DNA of 20,530 nucleotides from Bdellovibrionia bacterium (GTDB lineage Bacteria; Bdellovibrionota; UBA1018): NCBI GenBank assembly GCA_045805065.1, contig JBJMMA010000172.1, positions 1 to 20,530 of the forward strand, read 5' to 3'. Shown piece by piece: positions 17,634 to 20,530 of this stretch (position 1 is its first letter; each line of letters starts with the position of its first letter). The notes under the pieces were generated by a model. It saw only the letters and a program-made list of their open reading frames with translations, ran no database searches and was not told where the DNA came from. The position numbers and the translations under genes were made by a program.

Positions 17634-18563
17634 TTATTCCCACTTTAGGCCTTCTACTTGAGAAAGCCCGTTACAAGCGAGTCTTAAACCACGGGACTCA
17701 GCTACCTTTTGAATCTGCTCGCGAGCTTCCGCTCCTGCTGCAGGATCCACTAAAACCAAAACCGCATCGGCTTGCATCGCGCCCGCACCCTTGACGCCAA
17801 GGACTCCCGGCAATGAAACAAGGGCATGACGATCAGCTGTCGTCGATGGAATTTCAAGTCCTAAACCATGAAGCGCCTGAGCATAATCGCTCATCGCTTG
17901 TCCCAGTCCTGAAAGCTGACCCGCACGAATCGCGCGAACTCCGGCCTGAGTGATTGGCTCCAGAGTGCGCTGCCAGTCCTTTGCGTTCAAGCTATCCAGA
18001 TGGGTGTGCGTTGCGACTTTTCTTCCTGCCTGGCCAGTGGCTGAGAAAATCATGAGACCTGAAAAATCAGCACATGTAAAAAGATCATCAGCCACAAGAG
18101 CCGATGGATTGAACCAGGTCACTCCCCCGCGCCATTGCGAAACCAGATCCGCACCGCTTGGAGATTTGAGCTCTGTCTCTTTCCGAGTCAGCTCACGATA
18201 AAGCTTCCAGGCTGCGCTCCATGAAAGCTCCCAGCCTGCGTGGCTTCCTAATGCCTGATAGACCAGGGCAAACTGAGCCGTGGATGCGCCAAAACCGCCC
18301 GCACCTTTTAAAGGATCTTCAAACGTAAGGTCTTTCAGGGCCTTTTGCCGAACTTCTGGCGAGACCGTTTTTTCAGACCAGGCGAGAAGTTTTCCCGCGG
18401 GGCTCTCCGGATGAATCTCTCCTAAGCTTCCGCCCGAGACATAACGAGCCTGAAAGCGTGGTCCCAGAGCCACCGCAACACAAGGAAGCCCCATGAGGAC
18501 CGCGTACTCACCCAAAAGAAAGACTTTGCCCGGAATGCTTCCGGTACCCGAAAGCTGCGTCAC
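17634..18563 (-). CDS. Divergent GHMP kinase, probable phosphomevalonate kinase
   Basis: Motifs PGKVFLLGEYAVL, GGFGASTAQF, PSGADL and VKGAGAMQAD. It lies inside the mevalonate operon, and its GTG start overlaps the reductase TGA stop (GTGA). Confidence 0.72.
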   Translation of the reverse strand: MTQLSGTGSIPGKVFLLGEYAVLMGLPCVAVALGPRFQARYVSGGSLGEIHPESPAGKLLAWSEKTVSPEVRQKALKDLTFEDPLKGAGGFGASTAQFALVYQALGSHAGWELSWSAAWKLYRELTRKETELKSPSGADLVSQWRGGVTWFNPSALVADDLFTCADFSGLMIFSATGQAGRKVATHTHLDSLNAKDWQRTLEPITQAGVRAIRAGQLSGLGQAMSDYAQALHGLGLEIPSTTADRHALVSLPGVLGVKGAGAMQADAVLVLVDPAAGAEAREQIQKVAESRGLRLACNGLSQVEGLKWE

Positions 18564-19873
18564 TTGGACGAACCACCCTCGGATGCGATTTTCAGAGCCT
18601 CGACACGAATCGACTCCAGCACTTCGCGAGCGCGAGAGAGCGTGATGTTCTTATCAGTCTTCAGAATCTGCGTCAGGCGATCACGAACGCGTGCGATCTC
18701 ATGGATCTCAGCGCCTGCTGCGATCGCCAGGTTTGCGGCATGAAGCTGCATATGACCTTTGACGATTCCAACCGTCGCAAGCGCCTTGAGGGCGCCCAGG
18801 TTCTGAACCAATCCCACGGCTGCACAGATGCGAGCCAGATCTTCCGCCTTGGAAATCTTGAGCATCTTCAAAGCAACACGTGCGGTCGGGTGAAGCTTGG
18901 TCACGCCGCCCACGGTTCCTACTGCGAGCGGAATCTCGATACGGCCGATCAGGTCTGCACCATCCATCGACCACTCGGTGACAGGCTGATATTTTCCGCT
19001 TCTTGAAGCATAGGCGTGAACGCCTGCTTCGACCGCGCGCCAGTCGTTTCCGGTCGCAATCAGGATCGGATCGATCCCGTTCAAGACACCTTTGTTATGA
19101 GTCGTTGCACGGTATGGGTCAGCTTTAGCAAAAAGCGCTGCTTCGCAAATTCCTCTTCCGATCACTGGATCGACATTGCGAATCACGATTTCAGCAGCGG
19201 CAAGCTTTCCATCAACCAGATTGGAAAGAATACAAAGTCCGACCTTCTCGCCAGTCAGGGATTCCACGCGAGGCTTCAGAGCTTCGCAGACCTGATTGAT
19301 GAGGTTTGCGCCCATGGCGTCGCATGGATCGCAAAGAAGATGAAGAACAAGCATCGTGCCCGTGCCGTCTGGACGAGCCAGTTCGCGGATCGCGAGATCA
19401 CGAATGCCGCCACCGCGAGCGACCAGGCCTGGCACGCAGGCATTCGCCAGCTGAATCAAGACATCGCGGCTTTCATGAAGCACGCGACGAGCGTTGGGAA
19501 CATCCTTCACGCTCGGAAGCTGAACTTGCCCGATGATGAGGTTGCCCTTCGCATAAGTGCGAATGCTGCCTTCGTTGCGAACCCACTTTGCCGTGGCGCT
19601 TGCTGCCGCGATGATGGAGGTTTCTTCAACGGCCATGGGAATCAGAACTTCGCGACCATCGATCGTGAAGTTCGTGGCAACGCCCAGTGGCAGCGGGAAG
19701 TATCCGACGACGTTCTCAATCAGATGCTCAGCCACTTCTGGAGCCAGCGGAGTTCTGCCCGAAAGAACGTTGATATCTTCTTGTGTCAGATCACAAATCT
19801 GTTGAACACGGGACAGGCGCTCGGCCTGGGAGAGGCGGTGAAATCCTTCAGTCAAACGATGTTGGCTTTCCAT
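18560..19873 (-). CDS. mvaA: Hydroxymethylglutaryl-CoA reductase, class II
   Basis: Motifs IENVVG, PMAVEETSIIAA, DAMGANLIN, THNKGVLNG, GNDWRAVEAG, GTVGG and GHMQLH. The start is placed at ATG 19873 (GAGGG upstream), overlapping the fni stop. Confidence 0.95.
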   Translation of the reverse strand: MESQHRLTEGFHRLSQAERLSRVQQICDLTQEDINVLSGRTPLAPEVAEHLIENVVGYFPLPLGVATNFTIDGREVLIPMAVEETSIIAAASATAKWVRNEGSIRTYAKGNLIIGQVQLPSVKDVPNARRVLHESRDVLIQLANACVPGLVARGGGIRDLAIRELARPDGTGTMLVLHLLCDPCDAMGANLINQVCEALKPRVESLTGEKVGLCILSNLVDGKLAAAEIVIRNVDPVIGRGICEAALFAKADPYRATTHNKGVLNGIDPILIATGNDWRAVEAGVHAYASRSGKYQPVTEWSMDGADLIGRIEIPLAVGTVGGVTKLHPTARVALKMLKISKAEDLARICAAVGLVQNLGALKALATVGIVKGHMQLHAANLAIAAGAEIHEIARVRDRLTQILKTDKNITLSRAREVLESIRVEALKIASEGGSSK

Positions 19874-20529
19874 TTTCCCTCTTTTCTTAATGCTTCCGGC
19901 GTTCGGCACCCTGTGCAAAACAACGCCGTCTTGAGTTCAAATTCCTGGAGTTCCATCCAGTGATCCAAAGCTTTCTCTCCAGCAAGAGCTGCCTCGAGAG
20001 CAGGTTTGGCGTAACCGACGCGATCAGCGCCAAGCGCGATCAGCTTTGCGGCATCCAGGCCCGAGCGAACTCCGCCCGATGCCCAGACTTCAATTTCAGA
20101 ATTTTCGTTTGCGCCTTTTTGAGAAGAGAAAACTTCGCGCGCTTCGCGAACAGAATCGGGAGTCGAGACTCCCCAATCCGCAAAAGTCTGCGCAGCTTGC
20201 GCGTGAATGCTTTCAGGCTTTGCGCGAGCGCCTTCGATTCTTCCCCAATGAGTTCCCCCCAGCCCGCTGATATCAACCGCCGCAAGCGGAAGACGCGCCA
20301 CGCGCTCAAGCGTTGAGCGAGAAAAGCCGCAACCCGTTTCTTTCAGGAGCACCGGAATGCCTGCGTTTCCAAGCTCATCCACGACTCTTTCAATCGCCGT
20401 GAATGCACCACGAAAATGAGGCGTGCCCTCAGGCTGCATGACTTCTTGAAGCGCATTCAGGTGAATGGCCAGCGCCTGCGCGTTGAGCGATTGAACAACA
20501 CGCAAAATATCGGCAACCGGTGCATCGAT
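19852..20529 (-). CDS. fni: Type 2 isopentenyl-diphosphate delta-isomerase (FMN-dependent), 5'-truncated by the window edge
   Basis: Motifs HLNALQEVMQPEG, KETGCG, GLGGTHW and ASGGVRSGLDAAK. The frame is open to the window end. Confidence 0.95.
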   Translation of the reverse strand: MDAPVADILRVVQSLNAQALAIHLNALQEVMQPEGTPHFRGAFTAIERVVDELGNAGIPVLLKETGCGFSRSTLERVARLPLAAVDISGLGGTHWGRIEGARAKPESIHAQAAQTFADWGVSTPDSVREAREVFSSQKGANENSEIEVWASGGVRSGLDAAKLIALGADRVGYAKPALEAALAGEKALDHWMELQEFELKTALFCTGCRTPEALRKEGKWKANIV

Positions 20530-20530
20530 G

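Noticed and set aside
19016..19963. 315-aa plus-strand ORF antisense to HMG-CoA reductase, and similar antisense ORFs over dnaG, yqeY, mvaD-mvk and the 929-aa gene
   Set aside because: They fully overlap well-supported genes on the opposite strand and have no protein-like motifs.

Overview
Bacterial chromosomal window of roughly 50-53% GC by eye. The gene content and the deltaproteobacterial-type RpoD suggest a predatory Bdellovibrionota/Oligoflexia-like organism; this is an inference. The right half (10218-20530, all minus strand) is core metabolism. It holds a mevalonate operon (fni, class II HMG-CoA reductase, a probable phosphomevalonate kinase, and a fused diphosphomevalonate decarboxylase-mevalonate kinase), followed by the macromolecular synthesis operon rpsU-yqeY-mpg-dnaG-rpoD. 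Terminator hairpins follow rpsU and rpoD. The left half is accessory: a truncated NHL-repeat protein with Cys-containing inserts, an orphan sensor kinase, and a beta-helix/DUF4214-like lipoprotein with three 65-aa four-Cys repeats. It also holds a divergent pair of genes encoding signal-peptide-bearing, cytoplasmic-type enzymes. One is a eukaryote-type UDP-glucose pyrophosphorylase. The other is a 929-aa protein with a CCA/poly(A)-polymerase-like nucleotidyltransferase region, an ADP-ribosyltransferase-like region and helical HPEW repeats. Each of the two has exactly one cysteine, in a shared terminal C-V-x-x-Q-[FL] motif. This pair is the best candidate for an undescribed system: tagged, exported effector enzymes, possibly delivered into prey cells.
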